From Microbotryum violaceum (lineage: Eukaryota): a DNA stretch of 64,000 nucleotides. Below the pieces are notes generated by a model. That model had not been told where the DNA came from and did not search any database. It saw only the letters and a list, made by a program, of their open reading frames with translations. Positions 47,498 through 62,479 of the stretch are shown here, piece by piece (position 1 is the stretch's first letter; each line of letters starts with the position of its first letter). The translations under genes were made by a program, and so were the position numbers. The stretch lies in assembly GCA_001244265.2 (NCBI GenBank), contig CDLV01000007.1, positions 1,984,001-2,048,000 on the forward strand, written 5' to 3'.

Positions 47498-50400
47498 TCA
47501 AATTCCCCAAAAAACATCGCCATTGTCTTCATCAAAGTTTTCGATGATCTTGTCACTGAAGGCGCTGTAATTGGTAGTGTCGACGGAATGATGACTCAGA
47601 TCATCGCTCAAATGATCACTGATGTCAAGAAAGGTGTCATGATCCGTGGTGATGTTGTCCGACTCTCCGACCCTCCCATCATTGAATGCAGTCTGGCCAT
47701 GTGTGATCCGGCAAGCCACCCATTGTGGTTCGTTGAAAAACATCAACGTCGTTGGTGCACCACATTTGAAGCTCGACCCACTCCTTTATTTGCGGTTTAC
47801 CGGTTTGCCGGGTGCATTCCCACAGGTGATCTAGGCCGCCCTTCGAAAACCATCGGCGCGCAATAGTTCTAAGACGCTCTTCTTCTTGCTCGAGCAACAT
47901 CATCGCAGAGTCATCCTGCTCATCTAGTTGGTGTAATTGCTGGCGAACTTGCTGAAACTTTTTACGACGGCTTATCAGCCACCGTCCAATGCGACGCACT
48001 TCCCATCCTATTTGCTTGATCATTTGCTAGCATCTTGCGCAAGACCATACTGCTGGAATGACAACACAAACATCATCATCGTCGTAGGCCCAGGGCTCAG
48101 TGGGATGACTATATAATCCGTTGTTCCAGAGCGGCGCCAAGATGTCGAGTCTGAGCAGTTCGTTGAGATCCTCTGGGGCTGATGGCGGTACCCTTCGGGT
48201 TCTCAAGATCGAATGGGAATTCTGAGAATTGGCGAGGATGGCGGCATACTTTTTCACCTCGTCGTTATACATCGCCACTGCCTTCATGAGTCTTGGACGC
48301 AAATAATTAAAATTCACGACCAGGAGACCAGCCGCTTTTGTACCTATGAGCAGGCATTGCTACACATCAGCGTTCCTTCTGCCGGTGCAGAAGACTCGTA
48401 CCGAGGGCTTTACTGCCTAGGCGCGGGAGCCGCAGCCTTTCAGCTCCCTGTCAATATTGTACGACCAAGTCCCACAGCGAGCGAAATGCGACCATCAATG
48501 TGCAGGCAAATTCATTGCCTGGGCCAATGAAAGGTGTTGACATATTTAAGCGAGGACAAAGGGGATCACACCAGAGGATCACAATGGAAGAAGGGAGTGA
48601 TGTACCAGGGTCCAGGACACTGATGTTTATTTCCGGCGTGCGTAAGGAGGTCAGTTGATCATCAAGAACCTGCCCTTGTTTGACCAGCTGTTGAATTTTA
48701 GTCGACTGTTCCATAAGCTTGTTTGTATCTATGGTGTTCACGTAGGGTAGTTCTTCTCTGTAGAAATCGAAAAATGAAGACCGAAGTTAGGTTACCGGTT
48801 CGTGTCTCACTCCCAAACGACGACGATAGGTCAGACCCACCAGCTTGCTGCGATGTCTCTGTTAGTTAGCAAAGCTTGAACATGACGTTGCGTAACTCTT
48901 TGCGCTGCTCTTTCAGAGGGATCTGCTTGGATGCTGCACGTTGCGCGTGTCATTGTTCAAGGAGGGTAGCGACCGTCCATTCCGAGCAATTAACGACCTT
49001 AGCAATGACTCTGTCGGCTTCGGCCTTGAGCTTATTGCGTTTTTGAGTCGAGAATTAGGTTTGGTCACTGGGCATGATCGATACGCCAAGATCAGCGACA
49101 TGGTAAGGTAGTGCATGGAAGACCGGAAGCTTAGGCGAACCAAGATTGGTCAAATGCTGCTTGTTATAAGCAGACGCTTGACGATTGTGTTCTCCAGCGA
49201 GGCACTCGATGATTGATTCATGGGTATCATGCCTCGAAGCTGCGACCACAAGCGCTCGGTTCCCTCGCCATCAGTCAAACCAAAATTGGGTAGAAAGCGC
49301 GGATCAAAGTCAATCTGGCAGGACCACTTATGCGCATAGGCATGCATCGACGAGAGAGCAAATTCTAGACGCGGTAAGTGATCTGCCAGAAGATTGCGCT
49401 GCGCATACCGGGGAGAGATGAGTTGCTCAGCTACGAACTAAGCCAACGTCAGGCTGAGTGTCACAAACAAACTCACACAGCGTAAGTGCGACGATAATTT
49501 GCAGGCAATATCATACGCAACTCCAACGCGACTTCGATCCTGACTCAAACTTTGGTGGGAGCCCGATCCCGAGCTGGATCTGACGTTTGTAGCGTCACTG
49601 GTATGCGCAGGCCCCATAGTACAATCCGTTTCTCCAACTTCAACTTCTTCAAGAATCCATTTCAACAGCGACACGGGATATACTAACCTGCGGCAGACCA
49701 AATTCGCTTAGTAGTGTCCTTGCCTGGAGTCACAGATGGCCGGTCCACACATACTTTTCACCTGATTGATGCAGGTTGCAAAGTTGCAGGCAATGGTCAA
49801 GACGGCACACTGCAGCAATGAGGCCTGTGTTGGCCACTACATTTGACAAAGCGGAGGTCACACCACCATCTGCGGCCTTCCAGTTCGCTGTGCATTTGTC
49901 CTATATGATAGAATAGCCCGTTTAGCAATCACAGACAGTCGGGTCAACGCATTATTGGGTTCGGGTGACCCAACACCAGCAGCACCAAGGTACCTGCTTG
50001 CCCGCTTCAGTCGATCCGTCGATCAAAGCTTGCTCGTTTCGAATCTTGTCTGGTGACAGGAATAACGCTGGACGTGACTTGAGAGGATCATCATTTGCCC
50101 GGGCGAATCATCGATGCTGAAAATTGCCTTCGACAGCAATGATGACATCAAGGTCATTCTCGCTCTTGCCGGCTTCATCAATCCGAGGCCCAAAACATGC
50201 CGGACAAACGTCGGCCAGACGCTCGCGCGGGGAGAGGCCAAGGAGTCCGGCGGTCAAAGTTGCCTGCAGCTGTTGCATAAATCGATATTCATCCATTGCG
50301 GCTCGAATATGCTGACACACGGCTGGACCCTGGGAAGCATCCAATATTTTCTGTAAGCAACAGTGAATGTTACCGGCCTGTCCCTGTCCTAGAGCCCACC

Positions 50401-51686
50401 TTGTTAAAAGGATCCTCCGAGGATAGTTCAGAGGACCAAAAGAGGATGAGCGCTTCGGACATGCCTTAGATACCCAAAGGATCTAAACCCCCAGTAGGTG
50501 TCGAGATATTCAATCGTGCGAAAGGTGAATGCGGTGATGCCTTCTCTTTTTCGGATTGAAGATGACGACGTTGGGAGAAGACCGTGAGCTGCCAGGGCCC
50601 GGTTTAGATCTCGGAATAGCATGGGTAGTATCGTAGTTCTCGCATGCCTGCTCATGGTTGGGGGATATCAAATCCAAGACGATAGCGTAGGGGTGATTGA
50701 CAAAATATGTGCCTACCTGCAAAGAACAGTTGACAACCCGGACCTTTCTAGTGACTCGGCGTTCATGACATGCGTTGTACCACTCCTTGTCGTCCAGAGA
50801 AGGGACAACCCCGCTCTGTCGAAGCACTTCTTTGGCCTTTTTCTTCATCAATAGGTACGCCTGGAGAAGTTCAGGTCATTTTGACGCCTTAGTCTTAGCT
50901 TCGGCCCTCGCAGTCCGGCGACGATTGCGCTGCTTCTTGGCGTTTCTCTTGATTCGCGATCGCTTAAGTGAAGAGGGCGCTTGGTCTTGAGAAGCACCGT
51001 CTGGGTGGAATGGCAAATGCTCCGGTCCAGATGAGTATCCACCGCCAAAATCGCGACCGAAGTCGTAGTCGGGCTCAAAGCCGGACGCGCTGTTAGGCTC
51101 GAAGTCGTGCTCAAAGCCGCCAGTCTCGGTGTCTAGAGAATGAGAATGAGAATTTGAATTCCAGCTAGTCTACAAAGAGACGACCCTTATCGGGCGCTGG
51201 AGGTCACGCCGTTGCGCCATCGGCAATGTCAGTCCAAGGCTCGGACGATGATTTGTGGAGGCCGGCAATGGATTTCTCCGAATGCTCCTTCCGACGACGC
51301 GTTGACCTCTGGACCAATGGTGATGTGGGAGGGCTCGGCTGACGTTTTGGACGCCTCTTTGTCGGAGAGCGGAAAATACCGAAATTGAAGCCGAACGTCT
51401 TCTCGAACAGCTCGCTATCCGGGGACAACGATGGCTCCCTTTTCCGTACTCGCTTGGTCCATAATCTCCTCCTCTTCTTCTTCTTCGTCTTTGCCTCCTC
51501 CTCCGTTCCCACCGACGTCGTGGCCCCATTCTCGATCGTGTCCTTGTTGCTGGTCACCTTCTTCCTCCTCCTCACGGTCGTGTTCTTCTTGCGCTTGGTC
51601 TTGTCAGTGCGTTTTCCCTTCTCTGTTCCGACTGGCGATGCTGAGCTAGGTTGTAGAGGTGGTGGTGTGTGTGGTAGGATGTCCAT
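47498..51686 (-). pseudogene. CxC-associated KDZ (Kyakuja-Dileera-Zisupton) transposase, intron-containing and degenerate
   Basis: HAYAHKWSCQ...GLTDGEGTERLWS (49150-49347), VAYDIACKL, CPACFG...EGNFQHR (50108-50344) and a CxC1-like LAAHGLLP...AFTF segment; internal stops; boundaries approximate. Confidence 0.8.
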
Positions 51687-52314
51687 GCTTGAAGCGATGG
51701 GTGCAAGCCTGCAAGGCCTTGGGTGGAGGGAAGTGGGGGGACTCGTGGTGCTGAGGCAGATGGACCATTAGCGGGGATAAGTAGCAAGTGCCCCGATTAG
51801 TGACCACTTTTGCCTCCGGGGGCTGGGCCGGCTGGGTGTTGGCAGGGGAATGGTGCACCTAGCCCGTACCAACGTTATCCTGGGCCAAATCTCCAAAAAG
51901 CTTCCTCAACTCCCCGCGCGCGGTGTAGTATATTTGTTAGGCTTATCTTGACCCGCATAGGTGCTCGGGGCAGGACCTGCACAGGCTGGCAGCCGGTTGC
52001 AGCCGGCAGGACCTGGCAGCTGGACTAAAGGATTTGACTCATAGCGCGCGCGACCGCGGTTAAGCCACATTGGGCCGAAAGAGCCGACAGATATCGACAG
52101 ATGCTTCCCTCCCTTATACCGCGGTTTACTACTCAATAACATCATCACTTTTTAAGCACCAATTCTGCCATGTTGTATCTTCATGAGCGCCCCAGTGCGC
52201 AGGACCTTCACAGTCGCCACTCGGCGGGCAGTCCTATATCGATCGACCCGTATCATTTGATCGCGAGGAAGCCATGGAACATCGCAAAGGTTAAAATACA
52301 GCGCCATCTATTTC

Positions 52315-53640
52315 TTAATCCGAATCACTCAATTCGCCCAACCTCGGTCCAAGACGATCCTCCTCATCGTCCTCATCCGTGAGGTTGAGCCTCTCGGTCC
52401 TTTCGTACAAAGACGTATCGACCTCGACGCCATCTTCGTCTTCGAATCCACTGTCCGATGTGACGAGGGAAGGATCACCCTTTTCGAACAGTTGTCGACC
52501 TGTCGCAATGATGGTACAGATCGTCAGCTTCACCGCAGGATCGCAGCAGGACGTCGCCCGACTCCCGGCTCTCCCGACTGACCACTCAATTTGGACCTAA
52601 ACTTCTTGGCCTCTTCTCTCTCTTTTGGTGGCAAGGTTTTCAGTCGCTCCTGTTCCTCCTTGGCCGACGCATCGGCCATCTCCTTCTCGAATTTGAGCCT
52701 CCACTGCGCGAACGACTCGTTCGTGACTTTGGTGCCTTGCATTTTCCGTATCGCGGCCTGATCGCGCATGGCCGGGGTCGAGGAGATGGGAGTTGCATCA
52801 ACACCTACTCCAGGCCAGTGATGAGCTTGCTTTCTGATCGTCGCTCACCTCTTCTTCCTTCTCGTGCCGCTCGGCTTCCTCCTTTGCGAGTCTCACTTTC
52901 CGCTGTCGGACCAGCTCGACCAACGAATCCTTCAAATACGATGCTAGAGTGTACACCATTGCCTGATGTTGAAATGGACTCGGTCAATGTAGCTCCAGCT
53001 TTACAGATTGTGCAACCAACGACGAACTATCCCCAAATTATCCTCAGCAGCGGACTGTAACCCCGTGACGAGAGTCGAATTCTCTTCATCCGAGATCTCG
53101 CCTTCGATCGCTTCGACCTCGATGAGAGGGACCTCGTCCGGGTATGTTGGCGTGTATGTGATGAGGAGGGAGAGGACGTCTGTTTGCAGGGCCCTCAGCA
53201 TCGGTTTTGAAGATGGTCCGCAGCGGTTGTTCGAGCCAGCAAGAGTTGGTAGGGTGGGGGAGGAGGATCTAGGTCAGCTTGAGCCTCGCCTGGGGTAGTG
53301 GTCTTGGTCGTAGTGGGAGTAGGGACTTGCATGGTTCAGAAGGCGATTGCTCCTCCGGCTCAACCTTGAGTGCAAGCTTGTCATCCGATATTACTGAGAC
53401 ATCGAGAGCAGCACAAGGGTCGTCAGCCCCCCTCGCTCTTCAGCCAGAGCTGCTTGGGTAGCCTTTGTAGACACTTACTTGTGAGCTCATCGGCAAAAAT
53501 ACTCTCCAACACCTCAACTTCGGACCGTCGTTCCTCCGCGTAATCTATTCCAGAGCAGGGCAGGTCGCGAGGGATGATCGACGAGGAGTCAGTCGAGCTG
53601 CGAAGCGGGTATAAGGTGGGACAATCGACTGACCTGTCAT
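52315..53640 (-). CDS. GIR2: RWD-domain protein (Gir2/RWDD1-like), multi-exon
   Basis: Spliced reading MTDYAEERRSEVEVLESIF...YTPTYPDEVP...NLGIAMVYTL...GTKVTNESFAQWRLKF...LSGRQLFE with an acidic tail; GT/GC-AG introns keep frame. Confidence 0.85.
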
Positions 53641-53938
53641 GTTGGGCTATCCGAAGACCTCTTCTGACGATTTTCGCTAAAACCGAGGTGATGAATACTT
53701 GCTGTCTGGGCAAAGGGAGTACAAGAGCAAGAGCTTCGACTGACCAGCGCGAACTCGACGTTCAATCGGTCTCACAAGTCCACCCTAGTCCATCCAAGCT
53801 CGGGCCTCCTCTTTACAAGCGATCTCAGCAGACCACTCCCTTCTTTGTGCCCGTCTAATCAATGATAGCCGAAAATCGCGTATTTGGATTTCATGATGCT
53901 ATAACACAGAAGCTCGATCGCCCAAACATGCTCCCACT

Positions 53939-55560
53939 CTCTCGAAAGTCAGCGACCACGACCGACGCTCGTTCTTCGTTGAAGATCTTGCTCGACATCC
54001 TCGAGCCAATCCAGCTTGGAGATCCTGACTCTCTGCGGCGAGTCAAGCGAAAGCATAAGAGGGCATTAGTTCAAGTTCGCAGTATCACTTAAAGGAACAG
54101 AACATACCTCTTTTGTTCGTCAATCTCCTCCTTGATCTTGACCAGCTTCTGTCGCATCTTTTGATCAGCCTCGAGCTTTTTCTTCCCTCGGTCCGTACCC
54201 CTCAAATGCTCCGCACAGCCCATGACCCAAACCCTCTCGATCTTACGCAGCGAAGCCTCCAAGACGTCCAATTCGCACTTTGCCTCAACATAACGAAACG
54301 CATCCATCGGTTCATCCCACTTTCCCTCTCGCCCTCGGATTCTTACCGACTTGTTCACCCCAATTACAAATCGGGGCGACGAGCTTGAAAGGCGGGGGTT
54401 CGCCGAACGCACGTCGTTCAAAACTCAAAAGCCAATGGTTGAATCGTCTCCACATGGAAGTCGAGACCTTGGTGTCCATATTCTCGGTGAAGGGCATTGG
54501 TGCGGTCTTGGCCACTGACGCGGTACCGTTGCGGGCCGGATCCCAAGATCGTTCGGGTAGCCAGGAGCAGTAAGCCGAGTGTGAGCCACATGCAGATTGT
54601 TTGCCGCCAAAGACGACGGTCGTGATGCGGTCTGTTTCCCGACGATCGCTGGTGATGGCGTCTTCGGCTTGATAGATAGGCAGGTAAAGGGGGTACGCGG
54701 TGAGGATGAGCGAGTTCAACTGGGAAGTGTCTGTGATCAAGCCGCGAGGAGTGCGTGAAAGAATCTGGCATAGGTCAGTCGACTCCATCGTCGGCATGAG
54801 ATGAGCTCTCGATAAGGACCTACCAACGCTCACACCATGTCGGCTCTCGGTTGTGCTTGGAAGAGCCGCCAACTTGGCCAAGATGGTGAGGAGGTGCTGC
54901 GTGAAGTGAAAGGAATGACTGTCAAGGAGGTGGGCCAGGTTTGAACTGAGACGTTTCCTGACGACGAGTCTCGGACCGTGACGGTGGGGCCGCTGTGTTC
55001 CTCGACTGAATAAGGGACAGGTTCAGTAGCCCATCCCTCATCTTGGGATCCGCTCTCCAACGTTCGAGTTGTGATGGCCAATCGATCCAGTGGGGCTTGA
55101 GCGTGTCCCGGAACCTGATTATTGATAGCCGACAATGCTCGGCAGAGTTCTGGGAAGCATTGTGAGCACGGAATACACACCTACAGCACACAAGCATGAG
55201 TTGCGTTCTCATTCAAGGACTGACCACGACAGATGTTTTCGTCGTAGCCAGTTCTCCTGCCGTTCGAGATCCGGGACATCCCTCTGACGGCTAAATCGAG
55301 TCTCCCCACCGGCACCAAAAGAGCCGAAAAGGACTCAAGCCGCAAATCTGTGCCAGAAGCCCGCTTGGTCCCGATGATCTTGGCCAGGATTTGAACGAAC
55401 AGCGGCCGGAAGAACGAGAAATATCCCTTCGTGCCATGGGCGGCCAAGGTGGCGACTTAGATGGCCGCTAGTGGGGTTCGTTGGAACGGGACAGCTGCCG
55501 AGAGTAGACGGAGTGGAAGGGACAAAGGCATCCCCGAGCGTCAGTGATGCGGTTCAAGAC
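53939..55560 (-). CDS. Hypothetical intron-containing protein, possibly disrupted
   Basis: Consecutive minus-strand coding-like segments (55181-55447, 54312-54881, 54089-54421); no recognised domain; ends approximate. Confidence 0.4.
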
Positions 55561-56269
55561 CCACGGATAGTGGATGGGGGAACGGCACTGTACTCGCTTT
55601 GGATCTTGCCCCGTATTGTGCTTGCAGATGCCCCGCTCCGACTAGATCGTGAGCTCTCACTGACCCAAGCTTCGCAGTTAGACGAGACGACGAAGTGCCC
55701 AGACTGGGCGAGCGTTTTGAGGGTTCTGGCATGACCGATGGCTTGAGGGTTTGTTGGGTTGATCGTGTAGCATAGCTCCGGGTGAGAGATGCTCCACAAA
55801 GTTACACCGCCGCTGCTTCTCGGAGGAAGTCTCTAGGGGAGCTCGTTACGAGGTGGAGACTACGCTTTTGGGAGACCGTCGAGGTGACCCAGATTGAAGT
55901 CCAAGGCCCGACTTCAACGGCACGTCGACATCTTCCCACAAAAGCTGGCATCGGCAACTTGCATCCGCCGGCGTTCGACATGAAACAGACGAGGGGTGGG
56001 GTCTGCGAAGAGAGCGACTGGCGGCGAAAGCAACCGATTTTGCGATTCGCGCCTTTTCGCGCCCTTCCTAGCCCGTCTCGGCTTGAATGATGTTGTCCGA
56101 TTTATTTATTTATTTGACCAGTGGGAACCCGTTAAATTAACGGGAGGATGAAATTAAAACAATAGCAGTATAATCGAACAGTCTACATGATATCAGCGCA
56201 GAGTTTAAGAAAACACAATACGAAGTACAGCAAACAAACAAAATCCATTCATCTTATATTCATGTCGCG

Positions 56270-56790
56270 TGTTGCCGGACTTGGCTTCAAACACTCGTGC
56301 AATGAGATCCGGACGGTTGCACGCTGTATCGGCCCCAGTGCAGCCTTGGTTTCCGGTGAGTTGGAGACGTACGTCATCGTGATGAGCAGCGGAGGCTTTC
56401 CATGTTTGACAACGCACGCCATCGCATCCTGGTATCGCTGCGTGATGTCGCGATTTGGTTCGCTGTCTTTGCGGCCGTAGCGAGCCTGAGCGCGAGCGAG
56501 CAACACCATTGCCGCTTGACGCGCCGCTATCGATCACGGTCCTGGTCTTACTACTTTCTGTTCCCTCACGCTTTCTGTCGTATATCTTGAATCGAAGCCC
56601 ACCAACCATACGATGTGTTGCCTCTCCTGTCTGCTCCCAGCAACGCGTCAGCGTTTGCCGCTTCCACCCGCGGGCGAGGTTGGCACTGCGGTGTGGTATG
56701 TGCTTCAACGCCGGCAGATTTTGGTCAAAGAGCGTCTGGATCGGCTCGCCGAATACGATGATCTCTCGGTTGTCTGGTTAAGAATGCGTT
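56270..56790 (-). pseudogene. Helitron Rep (helitron_like_N) fragment
   Basis: QRYQDAMACVVKHGKPPLLITMT and, in another frame, RPDLIARVFEAK, both conserved Helitron Rep motifs. Confidence 0.85.
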
Positions 56791-56836
56791 TACCCATTTA
56801 CCCGCAGTTCATGAATCGCGGCCCACGGCATTCGGT

Positions 56837-58534
<1,698 letters not shown>

Positions 58535-58831
58535 GGCACCATGAGTGTCAATTCACCAGTTAGGCAATGACCGTCTCGAGTTTTCCGTGAGCGTGTGTAG
58601 CCATCTAGCTTGTATATTATGTCAATGGAGATCCTGCATTGCAAACATGGTTCACCCGAGGGTACAACGCACTCCGAAGGCGCAAATTCTTGTTCAATTT
58701 TTAACCTTAGGGCAGGGCGTAGATACACTACAACAGAGTCCCGCGCCTCCGGAAATGAGGAAGCGGTATGCGACGACATGCTTCATCAATTCTAGGACAC
58801 TCTTAACAAGCACTGTACAACCGGCGTGGCG

Positions 58832-59495
58832 ATGTGTACCCGCCGGAGATACACACGACCGGTGCCCTCTCCAGCTGTGTACCCCAGGGGTTCCACGGCT
58901 CAGGCGCGGTCCGTCGCCGCCGACGGCCTTGCTGACTGCACTACAACAAACTTCCACGCCCCCGTTCAAAGCTCAGGATGTGTCTGGGGTTACGGAATGG
59001 GATAACCTCTTGCGACGAGACTGTCGAAAAATTTGTTTGCTACATCCGACTTGCACTCTGAAAAGCTCGCAAGGCCAACGCACTTCCCTAGCTGAATTCT
59101 TCGTTCGAATCAGCCTCCGAGCAGAGCAGAGCGAAATTGCACTACAACGAACTTCCACGCACCCGCTCAAAGCCCAGGATATGTCTGAAGTTACCGAAAG
59201 GATTCACCTCCCGCCGTTGGAGACTCGTATATGTTATTATACAGTGATCTGTCACCGGTGACCGACTTGGCACCCCCGGGGCGGGAAAGCGCCTGTGTAC
59301 TCCCGGGGGCACGCAGGACTGGTCCACTCTTCCGCTGTGTACTCCCGGTAATGATCACACCCCGCACGCCGAATGACTTTGTACACCCGGGAGTACACAG
59401 CTTTGTCGGCGGCACAGGCCGGGTCCCTCGGGGTTACACTCTTGTACTCTTGTCGCGCGCCGACTCTGTGTATGTGTACCCCCGGGAGTACACAG
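58832..59495. repeat. Array of palindromic TGTGTAC(N)CCCGGGAGTACACA-like units plus a ~65-bp diverged direct repeat
   Basis: Units near 58832, 58876, 59295, 59336, 59379 and 59473; repeat pair ~58937-59001 and ~59138-59202. Confidence 0.7.
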
Positions 59496-60565
59496 CCCCT
59501 ACAAGGTCCTTGGCCGATGGACCGATATCCCTGCTCACTCGACTACATAAACTATCACGTCAACGGAGTAGGTATGCGGTGACGTGTTTCATTGATTTTT
59601 GCTGACATGTTATCGCAAGCACTGTACAACGGAGCGCCGTTGGACGCGTCTGGACCCATGCTTTGGGGTGCTGTTGGAACAGAACAACTACAGCAAAACC
59701 AATCCTCACCGCCCCCCGCCCCCCTCTGGCAACGTTCCCAAACCTGAACCTGCAGATGTCAGCACCGATGCGCACCAAATTTTAGTCTTTAACTTAGCAG
59801 AACCTTCAAGCTTGTCACGTACTGCAGTTCGGTGAGTGTGGCGGTGGCGACCGGCTCGTGGGATCGTGGTCGTCAACGCGTCAACGCCTGATTAAGGCTG
59901 ACATTCATTTTACTTTTGTGCACTGGCGTACATTTCCACCATGTGCGATATGGGCCGCATACAAAAAGCAAAGTCCTTCAATAACAAATAATCTACAGTC
60001 AACAAATGCGCCAAACCATCCCTAGCTAGCCCATGGGCTCGTCGAGAATCTCGAGGTCGTCCGGTGCGGATTCGAGCGTCCGAACGAAAGCCTCGGGGCT
60101 TATAGTCAAGATGTCCCTCGAAGTAGCCTGTCAGGTCAGAACTTGAAGCGATTCCATTTATGCCTGCCCATTGTCTGATACAGATGTCGTAGATTGATTC
60201 GAGAATGTGTTACTGTGTGTTACAATAGTTGGTGCTCGTGTTAGAACTGAGGCCGGTCTGATTTGGCGCTGAGCGGGAGGAGGCTGGAAGAGACAGCTCT
60301 GTGGGCGATTGCACAAGTACTCCCTAATAATAGGTCAATCTCATTAGCAAGTTGCCCTAGTCCTGGGGCCATCCAGCAACCCGGGTTGCAGGCGGGCATG
60401 TATGGCTACGCCGCGCGGAAGCGAGGGTCGAAGGCGCGCCGCGCGCGCCACTTTTTAGCGTGCTTATGTATATAGCCAGAGGTGATAACTCTCTGCTTCC
60501 CAGACGACCGGTTTTGCGTGCCTGCCACATCGTAGTGTAGTTCCTTCAACCATCCAGTTCTGCTA

Positions 60566-61830
60566 TTGCCGAAGAGTCATCTGCAAGCTTTCACGTCCCG
60601 TCTGCTGTACAACAATCTTCACGGAGAGCAGCGGGGCAGCAGAGACGTCGGCAGCTGCCGCGTTCCTCCTCCGCACTCGACTCCTCCCAGACTGCGACTC
60701 AATACGGTCGGACCACTGTTGAGGACAATATTCAGCGCAAGGGTCGAGGAGGGCGTAGTGGGCAGCGGTCAATTGGGATCACTTTTTTGGAGCCTCCGTC
60801 GGAAGGACGCACGTAAAAAGGACGCAGCGAGCAATCCGGAGCAGGACGACACAATTCCAGACGAGATCTCGACTTCCGGTATGCATGGCGACCATCCACG
60901 ACTCGAGCTACTCACCGAGAACGAACTCTCAATTCGTTTTTTCTACGAGTCGAAGGCGTGCTTGCACGCTCTGGCCCCGTCCTATACACGTGAGTTGTAC
61001 CCGTCAGGACGCACGGCCATAGATAATCTAATCCCTCGTACTATGGTTAAATGCAGGCAAGGCGAGCTTCCGCTGAAGGCGTACGATCCTCTCATCGTTG
61101 CTGAAAATGGAGCGTCTAGGAAACATCACCGGCAGATTTTGCCAGTGTTCTCGATGTGATTCTCAAGGCGCCAAGTACATCATCAAACACCTGAGGCACA
61201 CCACAGAGGAAAGCTACCACGAGTTTTCAAGTTACGACGGGGCAATCATCGAAGCAGACAAAATGAGCCAACCCACACAAAACTCGCAGGTCGAAAATGC
61301 CGAGGACGACCTGCAGGACTTGGCGATGAACACGCAACGCAGTCAGTCAATCGACAGACGAGAGGGCACAATCCGTGGCGTATGAACTCCCAACAACGAG
61401 ACGAGTTTGTCGAGAAACTCCTACTCAAGTACAAGCAATATACTCGGGGCCTAAATTATGGACGACTGAGAACTTTCTTCGACGATTGCATCGAGCCGGG
61501 CGTCGATGTAATCGAATGCGAGGACTTCGGGAGCCAAGTCATGGCTAGCGACGAAGGCGCACTTGGTTCGCTTCATCTCTTTAATGATGACTGAGCCGGC
61601 CTGCACGCGGATAAGGCAAGTATTCAGTAGTTTTATTGAATCAGGAGAATCAATTCGAGAAGTATAAAGTTTTGCCCACCTGCTCGGCGATCCAGTCATT
61701 GATTCGGCTGCTTGACTCTGCGCCATCCTCGCGTGCAAGTCGTAGAATGATATCATGTACACGCTTGAGGCTGGACCAGTTGCTGTTGAACAGCTTTTGT
61801 CGGTGTGTTTGAACGCCTTCAAATCGTGTG
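60566..61830 (+). pseudogene. Degenerate unknown coding sequence
   Basis: Protein-like plus-strand ORFs (60566-61159, 61098-61385, 61382-61594) continuing with in-frame stops. Confidence 0.3.
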
Positions 61831-62479
61831 GATGGGTTGAAGTACCACGACAGGTATTGACATAGCGAGATATCGCGGCTACGAAATTCAGCGAATAGAT
61901 CCGCCTCGCAGCGATTGTTTTGGCGAGTTGATGAGTTATGACGTTTGCTTGTTCGGGTCATTTTTGGTTTTAGATATTATCGCGCTTAATGTGGCCGACG
62001 GATCATCGTGAAAAGCGGAGAACAGCGAACCGTACGGAAAGGGATCAAGCCGAACGGAGCAGGCTCGCCGACTATGCGCTCGGACCATCTGAGGCCCGAT
62101 CGACCGAAATCGCAGAGCTCGGATCGTTGTAGCTCCACCCACAGCTTATGAAAGCTCTCGCCATTTGGGGTATGTCATTCTTTGAGCATGAAGAAAAACA
62201 GAGTCCTTCACTTTTGCATGGATGCGCCTCCTTGCCAAGTTACAGAGCACCACCCCAAAATGGCCCTGAAATTTCGGAGGGCAACTGGGCCAAGCGCGCC
62301 GATAACTCGTAAGCCCCTCCCAGAGGGAGGGCTTAGTTGAGCTTACGGCTGGCGCGATCTGGCGCGATTGAGCGAGTCAGCGTCATCGAGCGAGGCGCCG
62401 CTTTCGCAGCTCAACCTATTAGCCGGGCCACGCGTTGAAGCGATTTGGACCACGCCAGTCCGCACTCCAGGCCAACAGT

